In this document: one piece after another, positions 1-8,203 of the stretch
Layout of the letters: the number at the start of each line of letters is the position of its first letter
Numbering within the stretch: position 1 is the stretch's first letter
Origin: an uncultured virus (IMG/VR IMGVR_UViG_3300025277_000017)
Lineage: Duplodnaviria; Heunggongvirae; Uroviricota; Caudoviricetes
IMG/VR virus record: IMGVR_UViG_3300025277_000017
DNA length: 20,000 bases
Direction: 5' to 3' (one strand)
The notes under the pieces: generated by a model
Database searches by the model: none
What the model saw: only the letters and a program-made list of their open reading frames with translations
Told to the model about the DNA's origin: nothing
Translations under genes and position numbers: made by a program

Positions 1-2
1 AT

Positions 3-1445
3 TTTTCTCATGACTCCATCAATGTAGAAGTCACTCTGTTTTGCCATGTTGTTCTTTATGCTGATTCCGAACAGCGGTGCTGGGGATAGCATTGAGGTTA
101 TCTTTCCACCCAAAGTTCCACCAACCATTTGCCTTCCAACCATTGTTCCGGCAATCTCAGTTGGATCAGGCCACCATTCATTGGACCCTTTCTTGATAGG
201 TCCTGGTGGGCCAAGCCAGTTGAGTGCCTTTGAATTGGTAGCACGCCATAGGAAATTTCCAAGTCCCAGTGGTAGGTTGAATGAAAGCTGTTCCTTTGGT
301 ACCTTCAATCCTCTTGTTGCAATCAAGTCCAGTTCATTCTGCGATGGCATCCATCGCTCAAGAACCCTTTGCTCCCCTTCCAGCAGTTCCTTTCCGCTGA
401 CAATTCCTGGCGCCTTGCTGGGCTTTTGCCTAAACATCCTGAATGGAGTGTGTCCAACTACTTTTCTTATTCCGTAATATGCCGGCCTTAACGCGAAGAA
501 TCCAGCTGTCAGTCCCGCATCCCAGTAGGCGGCGTTGAGAGCGTTGCCTAATCTTTTCTTTTGTGTTGGCCTGTTGATTCCCTGAGGACCAAACGTCCAT
601 GATTCAGGAACAAGCGTTGCCAGTGTGGCATCAACCAAACTCGCCTGCTTGTTTGGATCACGCATGTATCCTTTCGCCTTTCCTGCCTTGTTCATCATAT
701 CCAGCATGCCCTCGTAGCCATAGTCCGCCACGCCGACGGCCATTGCGCCACCTATGACGGCGCCAGCTGTCCTTGCAAGCCAGTTTCCTTTTGACTTTCC
801 AAATCCCTTTGCAGCTCCTTTAAAAAATTTATCCCTTACTAATTTTTCACCCTTGACTGATCCGTATATTCCACCACCTATGTATCCCGTCATTTCAATT
901 GCAGGATATGGGTTAGGATTATTGGTGAACAGTCCTATATTATCACGCATGTCCAGTACTTCAGGGGACACAACGGTAAAGTCAGTCTTAGGATTCAATC
1001 CCTCGTTGGCCATAATTTCATTTATTCCCTGTACAGCCAGATCAAGCTTCGATTGATCTCCGGTTTCCGTAAATCTTCTCTTCGCGGTATCCGCTATCAA
1101 GAGTGCTTGGTCACGCACACGGTCCCTCTTCTCACGGTACAGTCTAGACTCTTGCAGCTCCGCTTTTCTTTGCGCCACGTCCGCCTTGCTTTGCAGTATC
1201 CAGTTGTCCTTTCCGTATCGCCATCCAGTCTTTCCGAAAGGAATATTCCATGCGGTTCCTAAGGCCGCCATTGGTACATCAGTAAGCTTCTTCTGGAATT
1301 CCCTTCCTTTCATTATCTTTTCTTTCGCTTCAGTCTGTGGAACTCCGCCTTCAGTGGTCTCACCCTTGTATTTCTTGTACGCATTCTTGTGGTCAAGGAA
1401 AGGCTTAACTGTTGATTGAAATTTTTGTATTGATGACTGTGCCAT
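3..1445 (-). CDS. Large putative internal virion/DNA ejection protein, N-terminal part (at least 481 aa, runs off the window edge; absent from the ORF track)
   Basis: Manual translation: ATG at 1445 overlaps the upstream stop (TAATG). Reads MAQSSIQKFQSTVKPFLDHKNAYKK... and stays open to position 3 (...QSDFYIDGVMRK). Gly/Ala-rich hydrophobic segment RTAGAVIGGAMAVGVADYGY. Function inferred from position. Confidence 0.75.
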   Translation of the reverse strand, partial: MAQSSIQKFQSTVKPFLDHKNAYKKYKGETTEGGVPQTEAKEKIMKGREFQKKLTDVPMAALGTAWNIPFGKTGWRYGKDNWILQSKADVAQRKAELQESRLYREKRDRVRDQALLIADTAKRRFTETGDQSKLDLAVQGINEIMANEGLNPKTDFTVVSPEVLDMRDNIGLFTNNPNPYPAIEMTGYIGGGIYGSVKGEKLVRDKFFKGAAKGFGKSKGNWLARTAGAVIGGAMAVGVADYGYEGMLDMMNKAGKAKGYMRDPNKQASLVDATLATLVPESWTFGPQGINRPTQKKRLGNALNAAYWDAGLTAGFFALRPAYYGIRKVVGHTPFRMFRQKPSKAPGIVSGKELLEGEQRVLERWMPSQNELDLIATRGLKVPKEQLSFNLPLGLGNFLWRATNSKALNWLGPPGPIKKGSNEWWPDPTEIAGTMVGRQMVGGTLGGKITSMLSPAPLFGISIKNNMAKQSDFYIDGVMRK

Positions 1446-3406
1446 TACTGCTCCAATTGCTCCAGAATGTTATTTGTTATGCTTTGGGTACTCTCTTTAT
1501 TCTCCTGATGGTCCTGCGTTATATTACCCTCTATTGAAAATCTATAAGAGCCATATAATTCAGCCCCTTCAATATCATGCCTGTAATAGTTTTCTTTATC
1601 GTTGTATCTAAGTTGGTAGTACGCCCCTTTGAACTTGTCAATGCCACTAATCTTAAATGCATCAGGTGCGTGCGTCCATCCACTCTCCTGCGCAAAGTCA
1701 TAGTCACTGGTGTATTCCGCCCCTTCTAGAGCGCTCAGCATGTTGTTGTAGAGCTGGTTGTATATGAATGTAAATCCCTCTATAACCTGTTGAGGTGAGG
1801 TGTATACTGAATCACCGAATCCAGTCATTTTTGTTTCAGCGAATGATCTTCTAAGAACGTCCGCCAGCATACGTCCAGTAGGCTGCCTGTCCCTTGCTAA
1901 CGCCAGTCCAAGTGTAGTCTCGAATGTCATGAGTGCTGAACGGTCAGGGTTCTCAAGGATCATCTTCATGCTGTCCCACGTCACATATTCCGCCGCTGTT
2001 CCTGGATCAATCATTGTTTTACCGTCATCAGAATACCTAGCGCCTTCATTCTCTCCATATTTATTTGCATGATCCAGCCACACCCCTACTTTTCCGTTTG
2101 GAGTGTCCATGAGATAGTCAGCTCGTTCCGGTACTGTGCTTTCTTTTGCAAAATCACCCACTTGCCTCTCAAAATCTTTCATGTCACCACCGCTTCCTGA
2201 CGATACAGCGGCATTCATCAGTTGATTAAACAAGTCAAGCTTAGGTTGAATTATTCTTCCTGCTTCACCAATCGCGCCAAGGACAGTATCCCTATTTTCA
2301 ATGATGGTAGGCATGATGAAGTCCGCCATTGTATCCAGTGTACGTTTCAAGTACTTGGCATACTTAAGTTGCTGATCCATTTGTGCTGGTGTCTTGAACG
2401 TCGCCTGTCCACCACCACCTGGATCTGAACGTTTAATTCCTTCCTTTGTCGCCGTTGTGTCAATGAATGTGAATCGGTCATATCCAAGCTGGCTGTTGAT
2501 GTCCATGAGGTTTTGAATCTCAGGGCTTTTTCGGTAGAAAGTCTGCAATCTTTGTTTGTCAATAGGAATAGGGTCGCCATTACGGTCGTATATCATTTCT
2601 CCCTTATCATTCTCTTTGTATATATTCTCGTAGACAACGGTGAACGGTCCACTACGATCATTCATCTTATCCAGTTCGGACATGTACATGTTAAGGGCTG
2701 CGGCTCCTATTTCTCTATCCGCCTTTCCTTTCTCCACTCCCATCTGGAATAGCGTTGGTGCCATTTGCATCCCTGCCTGTCCTACGACATCGAAGAATCC
2801 TGCCACACCTTGCTGGTCCGTTCTTCCTGACATGAGTGCCGATCCAACCTGCAACAGCATCGCGAGTGACTGCATCTTCTGTCCCTCGTCGCCGTCACCC
2901 ATGATCTGCCTTATGACATCCTTGTAACCTTCAATTCTTTTCAGGCTGTCATTGTCAATGAGTCCCGCATACATGTTTGACTGCTCCAGCAGAGCGGTAT
3001 TGGTTGTCTCCGAATCCTCTATTGAATCACCTGTAGCGTTAGACTCTTCATGTGCTTCCGTATCTTCATCAACTATCTTATTCTTTTCCGTCTCAGGAAA
3101 TGTAAGTAAATCATCTTCAGGAGGTTTTGTTTCTGTTGGTTTTTCCTCCACTATTTCATCTAGATCCAGCGTCTGCACCCTCTCCGGAATGGTACCATAT
3201 GCCGCGAGTGGTCCTCCAAGGGCGACTGCCTGCTTGAATCTTCCCTGATTGCCTGCAGCGGCGTCCATGTAGTTCTTTGCATAGGGACGTGCCCTTTCCG
3301 CCGCACGCGTGGCAAATTCCTGTGCCGTTCCAGTCATCCTGTAGGCCGATCTTGCGGCCTTGTTCAATATTGGTTTGAAAAGCGGTCTAAGAAATGGATT
3401 GCCCAT
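1445..3406 (-). CDS. Putative internal virion/ejection protein (653 aa)
   Basis: Long ORF with a GGAGG RBS upstream; basic N-terminus, acidic low-complexity linker, hydrophobic Gly-rich helices (SLAMLLQVGSALMSG, AGFFDVVGQAGMQMA). Located in the post-tail cluster. Confidence 0.65.
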   Translation of the reverse strand: MGNPFLRPLFKPILNKAARSAYRMTGTAQEFATRAAERARPYAKNYMDAAAGNQGRFKQAVALGGPLAAYGTIPERVQTLDLDEIVEEKPTETKPPEDDLLTFPETEKNKIVDEDTEAHEESNATGDSIEDSETTNTALLEQSNMYAGLIDNDSLKRIEGYKDVIRQIMGDGDEGQKMQSLAMLLQVGSALMSGRTDQQGVAGFFDVVGQAGMQMAPTLFQMGVEKGKADREIGAAALNMYMSELDKMNDRSGPFTVVYENIYKENDKGEMIYDRNGDPIPIDKQRLQTFYRKSPEIQNLMDINSQLGYDRFTFIDTTATKEGIKRSDPGGGGQATFKTPAQMDQQLKYAKYLKRTLDTMADFIMPTIIENRDTVLGAIGEAGRIIQPKLDLFNQLMNAAVSSGSGGDMKDFERQVGDFAKESTVPERADYLMDTPNGKVGVWLDHANKYGENEGARYSDDGKTMIDPGTAAEYVTWDSMKMILENPDRSALMTFETTLGLALARDRQPTGRMLADVLRRSFAETKMTGFGDSVYTSPQQVIEGFTFIYNQLYNNMLSALEGAEYTSDYDFAQESGWTHAPDAFKISGIDKFKGAYYQLRYNDKENYYRHDIEGAELYGSYRFSIEGNITQDHQENKESTQSITNNILEQLEQ

Positions 3407-3408
3407 TT

Positions 3409-4440
3409 TTAACCTCCTTGCAAGTTCTGATAGCCCTGATATGCAGCGAGTCCTGTGATTCCGGTTCCAACGGCCTGTGCAAGCGGACTGGTTCCAGGCG
3501 ATGTTCCCATCGCTGTCGCCATCGCGCTTGAAGGCATGCCTTGATAGATGTCGGAAACGAATCCCAATCGCTGGTATGGCTCATACGTTTGCTGTAACTG
3601 CTGTCTGTACTGTGCATCCAAGAACTGTTGTTGTGCTTGTTGCTGCACGGATCCTGATGCCATCAGTGACGCAATGTCTCCCTGTGCCTGTTGCTGCTGT
3701 TGTCCCCCTAATCCAGCCATTTGAGTTGCTGCCTGACCGTATCTCCCCATTTGTCCTGCAAATTGCTGTTGCGCCTGTTGTTGCGCTTGTCCATAATTCT
3801 GTGCCAATGACTGTCCCACTGTCTCTGCCTGCTGTCTTCCAAGCTCCGCAGCTTGAACTCCTTGCCTTGCTCCGCCAAACGATCCAACCTGTCCTGCCTG
3901 TGCGGCGGCCTGATTCTGTAATTTTTGGAACTGGCTTTCTATTCCAGCAGTGACGTGCTGTTGGTATGGATTCATATAATCCTGATATCCTACTTGGCCT
4001 GCCGTCTGCCCCGTTGGGTCATACGCCCCTGTTGCCGCCTGCGCATATTGTGACGCAGTGTTCAAGTAAGGCTGAAATGCTCCTAGTCCTGTTGTTGCAA
4101 GACCGAATGCCTGTGTTTGTTGAGGATTAAATGCTGCAACTTGCTGCTGTGGAATTTGAACTTGTCCTTCTGCCGCTCTTTGCCCCCTAGTTAGGTCTTC
4201 CCATTTAGTTCCTGGTGCATAAGCGCCTCCGGCAGGTCCTTGATATGTATATTTTCCAAAGTCTGGGTCACCAACCTTTGCTCCAGGGGTGGAAAGTTCC
4301 CATGGATTCTGTCCAAAGCGGGCATACTGCTGGGCAGTGCCCATCAACCCCATCTTCGCCGCTTCTATCTGTGGTGCGTCTCTTGTAAACTGTGTCTGAA
4401 ATTGTGTGCCACTTGGGCTTTCACCGCCGCCAAAACTCAT
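3409..4440 (-). CDS. Gln/Ala/Gly-rich putative DNA pilot/ejection protein (343 aa)
   Basis: MSFGGG start, YMNPYQQHV motif, AGQVGSFGGARQGV, Q-rich helices and C-terminal hydrophobic LAQAVGTGITGLAAY. Typical composition of podovirus ejection proteins; ATGA overlap with the GNAT gene. Confidence 0.7.
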   Translation of the reverse strand: MSFGGGESPSGTQFQTQFTRDAPQIEAAKMGLMGTAQQYARFGQNPWELSTPGAKVGDPDFGKYTYQGPAGGAYAPGTKWEDLTRGQRAAEGQVQIPQQQVAAFNPQQTQAFGLATTGLGAFQPYLNTASQYAQAATGAYDPTGQTAGQVGYQDYMNPYQQHVTAGIESQFQKLQNQAAAQAGQVGSFGGARQGVQAAELGRQQAETVGQSLAQNYGQAQQQAQQQFAGQMGRYGQAATQMAGLGGQQQQQAQGDIASLMASGSVQQQAQQQFLDAQYRQQLQQTYEPYQRLGFVSDIYQGMPSSAMATAMGTSPGTSPLAQAVGTGITGLAAYQGYQNLQGG

Positions 4441-4889
4441 AATTTTCTCCTATAAGCGTTCGCAAAATGTTCCATACCTAGGCGTTTTGCCATCGCGTCA
4501 AATTTTTTTGTCTCATTGTCCGAAAGGCGTGGCTCGAAGTACACTTCTTGCGCTCCGTTCATCTTCGCCCAGTCCATAAATTTTCTCATCATAAATATAC
4601 CTGCCATTCCGTTTCGCTTCGTGGGTTCAACATATAGTTCAAGCTCCCTTGCAAACTTCTCACGGCTGAAGTTGTATTCCAACAGCCTTCCAACCATGAA
4701 CCCAATCCTCTCTTCATCCTTCAGTGCAACGATCCCGAAATAGTTTGGATCATTGGTTGCGGTGTCTATGTATCTCGCCACCTTCTTCTTATCATATTCA
4801 ACCTCGCTCCAGTCTGACTCCTCATGGTGCTCCTTGGATACATACATCATCCACTCGAAGTCGTTAGGTTCCAAGAACCTCCATTCCAT
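4437..4889 (-). CDS. GNAT-family N-acetyl/acyltransferase (150 aa)
   Basis: GNAT pattern: IGFMVG strand, then a motif-A-like ELYVEPTKRNGMAGIFMMRKFMDWAKMNGAQEVYF and C-terminal AKRLGM. Confidence 0.85.
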   Translation of the reverse strand: MEWRFLEPNDFEWMMYVSKEHHEESDWSEVEYDKKKVARYIDTATNDPNYFGIVALKDEERIGFMVGRLLEYNFSREKFARELELYVEPTKRNGMAGIFMMRKFMDWAKMNGAQEVYFEPRLSDNETKKFDAMAKRLGMEHFANAYRRKL

Positions 4890-4892
4890 TAT

Positions 4893-5270
4893 CTACCCAT
4901 GGTGCTTCCCGTATTTTTCACGTTTCTCCTTGGTTTCTTTTTGTTGCCTCTTCAGGGCTTCTTTTAACTTTTGTTTATCCTCTTTAGACTTGGCTTCTTT
5001 TTTAGCTTTAGCCTTTCCAGCTGCATATGCTACACCTGCAATGATAGCTCCCTTACCAATGTCTCTCGTAGTTTTCTTGATTTCTGGTATTATTGGTCTT
5101 GCTTTTTCTGCTATCCTCGTTCCAGCAATTCCTTTAGGTTGTTTAATTCCTAAAGCTTCACTGGGTTTAATTGCTGGATAAGCTCCTTTTACTCTTTTAC
5201 CAAGCACTGGTGCTTTTTTTAAATGTTTTTTAAGGACTTTTCCCATTCCCCTTAATGCTGCGCCTGCCAT
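4893..5270 (-). CDS. Lys-rich basic hypothetical protein (125 aa), possible internal virion/DNA-binding protein
   Basis: TAATG-coupled ORF; strongly basic with a central hydrophobic GAIIAGVAYAAG and a charged C-terminal helix. Confidence 0.65.
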   Translation of the reverse strand: MAGAALRGMGKVLKKHLKKAPVLGKRVKGAYPAIKPSEALGIKQPKGIAGTRIAEKARPIIPEIKKTTRDIGKGAIIAGVAYAAGKAKAKKEAKSKEDKQKLKEALKRQQKETKEKREKYGKHHG

Positions 5271-6358
5271 TATATTACCTCCGACATGGTTTCTGATTCG
5301 GGATCGAGTACGTTCATAAGGTCGTACATTTGTCTAGCCCCTGCGTAGCGATCCCCACCACCCAGGTTTTCGACTGCCTTTGCAGTCATCACGAACTCAC
5401 CGTCAGACAGGTTCGCATTGATTGAATCCGATGTTCCAGTTCCCGGTCCACTGACACCGCCGCCATTTTCCAATGACGCTATGCCACCCTTGTTCCAGAA
5501 TCCGCCACCAGTCGCCCACGGGTTTGTCATTTCCCCTTCGATCATCTCTTCAGGGACTCCGTACATCCATGCCAGTTCTTTTTTTCTTTTCTTTTGTGAC
5601 TCTTCCCATTCCTCTTCCGGCGTCATTCTTCCGCCGTAGAGTGCCGCAGCCTGTGAGGCCGCCGTCGGTAGCCAGTTGGCCACTTGTTCTCCGCCGGTGA
5701 ACACAGAAGCGCCTGACTGAGGGTCATACACTTGTTTCAACGGTGTAGTCTTGGAGAATATGTCCGCTCCAGGAAGTTCCCCACCTGTAAGTGCAGTTAA
5801 ATCTATTGGTTTTTCACCAGGAATAGCGGAAGGTTTGGTATAACTTCCTTTTAAGACATCCCAAGGGGTCATTTTTTGAAATTCGTAACCCTTTTTTGGA
5901 ACCATTCCTGTTATATCTTCCCACCTTTTTCCCCCTATTCCAGGGGCATAAGGTCCTCCAGCCGCTCCTGACGGCGTTCTAGTTCCCATCCATCTTCGTC
6001 CTGTTACTCCCATCTCTTCGGGAATTACATCGGCAAATTGCTGGTTGTATGCGTTCGCGCCTTGCGCAGCGCTCATGTAGGAGAACGGAATTGACGCAAG
6101 TCCTGCGTACATCGCCGCCTTGCCTGGCCTTTTTGATCCGCTCAGCGCCGCCGTTCCGTATCCCATGGCTGACTGCATAAGCATGTTCCTCGCCATGGGG
6201 TTCATTCCACTAAACGCACTTCCAAGCCAACCTAACTTTCCACCTTGGCCCAACAGACTCGCCAATTTAGCGCTTCCCATAATGCCTGATCCAACCATAG
6301 GTAGAAGGAATGGCAGAAACGGTTTCGCCTTCTTAAGTAGTTTGCTTAGGAATCCCAT
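5270..6358 (-). CDS. Putative internal virion/ejection protein (362 aa) with C-terminal GPGTGTSDSI motif
   Basis: Amphipathic N-terminus MGFLSKLLKKAKPFLPFLLP; C-terminal GGGVSGPGTGTSDSINANLSDGEFVMTAKAV, a motif I recognise from phage tape-measure and internal proteins. Confidence 0.72.
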   Translation of the reverse strand: MGFLSKLLKKAKPFLPFLLPMVGSGIMGSAKLASLLGQGGKLGWLGSAFSGMNPMARNMLMQSAMGYGTAALSGSKRPGKAAMYAGLASIPFSYMSAAQGANAYNQQFADVIPEEMGVTGRRWMGTRTPSGAAGGPYAPGIGGKRWEDITGMVPKKGYEFQKMTPWDVLKGSYTKPSAIPGEKPIDLTALTGGELPGADIFSKTTPLKQVYDPQSGASVFTGGEQVANWLPTAASQAAALYGGRMTPEEEWEESQKKRKKELAWMYGVPEEMIEGEMTNPWATGGGFWNKGGIASLENGGGVSGPGTGTSDSINANLSDGEFVMTAKAVENLGGGDRYAGARQMYDLMNVLDPESETMSEVI

Positions 6359-6360
6359 TA

Positions 6361-6948
6361 TTATGATGCCATTAACTGATCAAATATTCTCAACAGTTCA
6401 TCACCAGCAGGCTGTATTCCAGTACCACCCTGTCCAAGTGGGTGATTAGGATCATTTAAGTTTTTCCATATCAATTGTATTGTTCTGTTACGGTCTGTCG
6501 TGCTCATGTCAGACAGTCCTGCTACATCAAAGGGTCCACCCCAAGGTGGCTCGGATGGATCTGGAAATGGTGGTGGAAATGGATCTGGAAATGGTGGTGG
6601 AAATGGATCTCCTGGTCTTGGTGGCCATTGAGGTCCTCCCCACAATCGTGATGTGTTCATTCCACCCAGCATTGCATTAACCATATCATTCGCGCCGGAT
6701 GCCCCTTGACCTCCGAATATACCACCCATACGATCACGTCCTATGTTTGGACTCCCTACAGGTACATTTGTCATTGGTCTTTCAAAGCCTGGTTGATTAT
6801 ATGTTCTGTCACCCATATTCAGGTATGTCGCTGGTTCCCTTCTTGCTGGTCCCGCACGATCAAATCCTATGTTGGGACGACTGTCGCCCGGCCGTACTCT
6901 TTGAGGGACAGAACCTGCCATTCTCATTATTCTATCGTCATAAACCAT
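6361..6948 (-). CDS. Pro/Gly/Arg-rich hypothetical protein (195 aa)
   Basis: ORF fills the gap in the operon with a GGAG RBS upstream; low complexity with a PFPPPFPD repeat. Confidence 0.6.
   Translation of the reverse strand: MVYDDRIMRMAGSVPQRVRPGDSRPNIGFDRAGPARREPATYLNMGDRTYNQPGFERPMTNVPVGSPNIGRDRMGGIFGGQGASGANDMVNAMLGGMNTSRLWGGPQWPPRPGDPFPPPFPDPFPPPFPDPSEPPWGGPFDVAGLSDMSTTDRNRTIQLIWKNLNDPNHPLGQGGTGIQPAGDELLRIFDQLMAS
6555..6610. repeat. 24-bp tandem repeat, about 2.3 copies (atggatctggaaatggtggtggaa), encoding DPFPPPFP
   Basis: Identical copies start at 6555 and 6579; a partial third copy starts at 6603. Confidence 0.92.
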
Positions 6949-6960
6949 TTTGTTTTCTCC

Positions 6961-7194
6961 CTATGATGTTCCGCCGAATATGCCAGGTAACTTGTTCACG
7001 CTGATCGCGACGTCCCTCCTTATGTCATTTTCTGTGGTATCAGTCGCAGGGTTGTTGATGTCGGTTTGCGCATCCTCTTCACTGGCGTAAACCTCCCCTG
7101 TTGTGGCGTGCTTGACGGTGGTATTAGTTTCCACGTCGGGTGCCGTGATTATAGTCTTTCCGGCTGTCACGATTATGTCCTCTTTTATAGTCAT
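6961..7194 (-). CDS. Small acidic hypothetical phage protein (77 aa; start corrected to ATG at 7194)
   Basis: GGAGGA RBS at 7201-7206 precedes the ATG at 7194 (MTIKEDIIVTAGK...); the track start at 7212 lies upstream of this RBS. Confidence 0.7.
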   Translation of the reverse strand: MTIKEDIIVTAGKTIITAPDVETNTTVKHATTGEVYASEEDAQTDINNPATDTTENDIRRDVAISVNKLPGIFGGTS

Positions 7195-7224
7195 TTTTTG
7201 TCCTCCTTGCAAGAATTATTATTA

Positions 7225-7887
7225 TTATCCAGGGTTCCCTATCTCAAGTATTGAAAAATGGGAGTGAAGATCATTCGCTGATCCCGGATGAAATGTGATA
7301 TATTCACTTTCATCCATGACTTGAGGACGCGCACAAAACTCGGCAGCTAAACCAGCAGCTACTGTCCCCCCTAAATAAATAAAAGCAGTATCACTTGAAT
7401 CATTGAATTTTACATAAGTGGTACCCGAGGCGTTGCTTGTATCATCATTATGAATTAATACCGAACTAACTATGGCCTTCTTGGCCGTCGGAACGGTGTA
7501 AACTGTTACCGTATCAGTTGTTGTATAATCATTTCGCTTGGCGATGAACTTGTTGTTGACTCCCTGGTCCCTTTCCAAAATGGATAAATGCAGTGTTAAC
7601 CTATTGGAGTCACCGGCGGTGGCTTTGATAATATCCCCTTCATTTAAAATTAAATTTCTAGCAAAAATGTCCGTTTCCACCAAGGCACTAATTGTTGCTG
7701 CAGTTATAACAGAAAACACGTTCGCACTGGAATCCGTAATTGTGATTGTAAGGGTCGTTGCGTTGTTTGAAGTTTCAGAATACCTGAAACTGTTAAGAAA
7801 AGCCGTCTTTTCATCCGGAACCGTATAAAGGGTCGTCGCGCTCGTTGTTGACAGGTTATATCTTTTTGTTACGTAATTGTGCGCCAT
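7225..7887 (-). CDS. Beta-rich putative virion protein with two tandem ~110-aa domains (220 aa)
   Basis: The halves align: TTLYTVPDEKTAFL / VTVYTVPTAKKAIV; ARNLILNEGDIIK / ARPQVMDESEYIT; HLSILE / HFSILE. Confidence 0.75.
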   Translation of the reverse strand: MAHNYVTKRYNLSTTSATTLYTVPDEKTAFLNSFRYSETSNNATTLTITITDSSANVFSVITAATISALVETDIFARNLILNEGDIIKATAGDSNRLTLHLSILERDQGVNNKFIAKRNDYTTTDTVTVYTVPTAKKAIVSSVLIHNDDTSNASGTTYVKFNDSSDTAFIYLGGTVAAGLAAEFCARPQVMDESEYITFHPGSANDLHSHFSILEIGNPG

Positions 7888-8064
7888 CTACTGTCCTATG
7901 TACCATGCCAGTCGTTCCTGTTCCTCACGGAGCTGCTCCGGAGTGTAGGTGGAATTCAGTGCCTTGATTACCTGATCAAGCGCCTCGACCAGTTTGTTGA
8001 ACTGATCGGGGTCCACCCTGTTCTCATACGACTGCGGCAGTACTGGTTGATCAATCTTTGACAT
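7888..8064 (-). CDS. Small helical phage protein (58 aa; not in the ORF track)
   Basis: Manual translation MSKIDQPVLPQSYENRVDPDQFNKLVEALDQVIKALNSTYTPEQLREEQERLAWYIGQ*; AAGGAG RBS upstream; its TAG directly abuts the next ATG. Confidence 0.8.
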   Translation of the reverse strand: MSKIDQPVLPQSYENRVDPDQFNKLVEALDQVIKALNSTYTPEQLREEQERLAWYIGQ

Positions 8065-8203
8065 TGGTAATGTACTCCTTCGCCTTTTCCAGATCCTCGT
8101 CCGTCAGGTCCCCTTCGGGCTTGATGATGCGCGCGACTTTTATGAGGGTGTCCTGGTTATACATCAGGTAATGTCCTTTCATTGGTTTTTTTTCTATGTC
8201 CAT
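8051..8203 (-). CDS. Small hypothetical protein (50 aa; not in the ORF track)
   Basis: ATG overlaps the tail hub stop (TAATG). MDIEKKPMKGHYLMYNQDTLIKVARIIKPEGDLTDEDLEKAKEYITNVKD*; fills the gap to the 58-aa gene. Confidence 0.6.
   Translation of the reverse strand: MDIEKKPMKGHYLMYNQDTLIKVARIIKPEGDLTDEDLEKAKEYITNVKD

Noticed and set aside
6555..6610. 24-bp repeats as a mini CRISPR array
   Set aside because: The copies are directly adjacent with no spacers and are in-frame coding.
8186..8193. A8 run (GAA AAA AAA) as a programmed -1 frameshift or phase-variation site
   Set aside because: The -1 frame stops within about 10 codons (TAA at 8157-8159), so no fusion product results.
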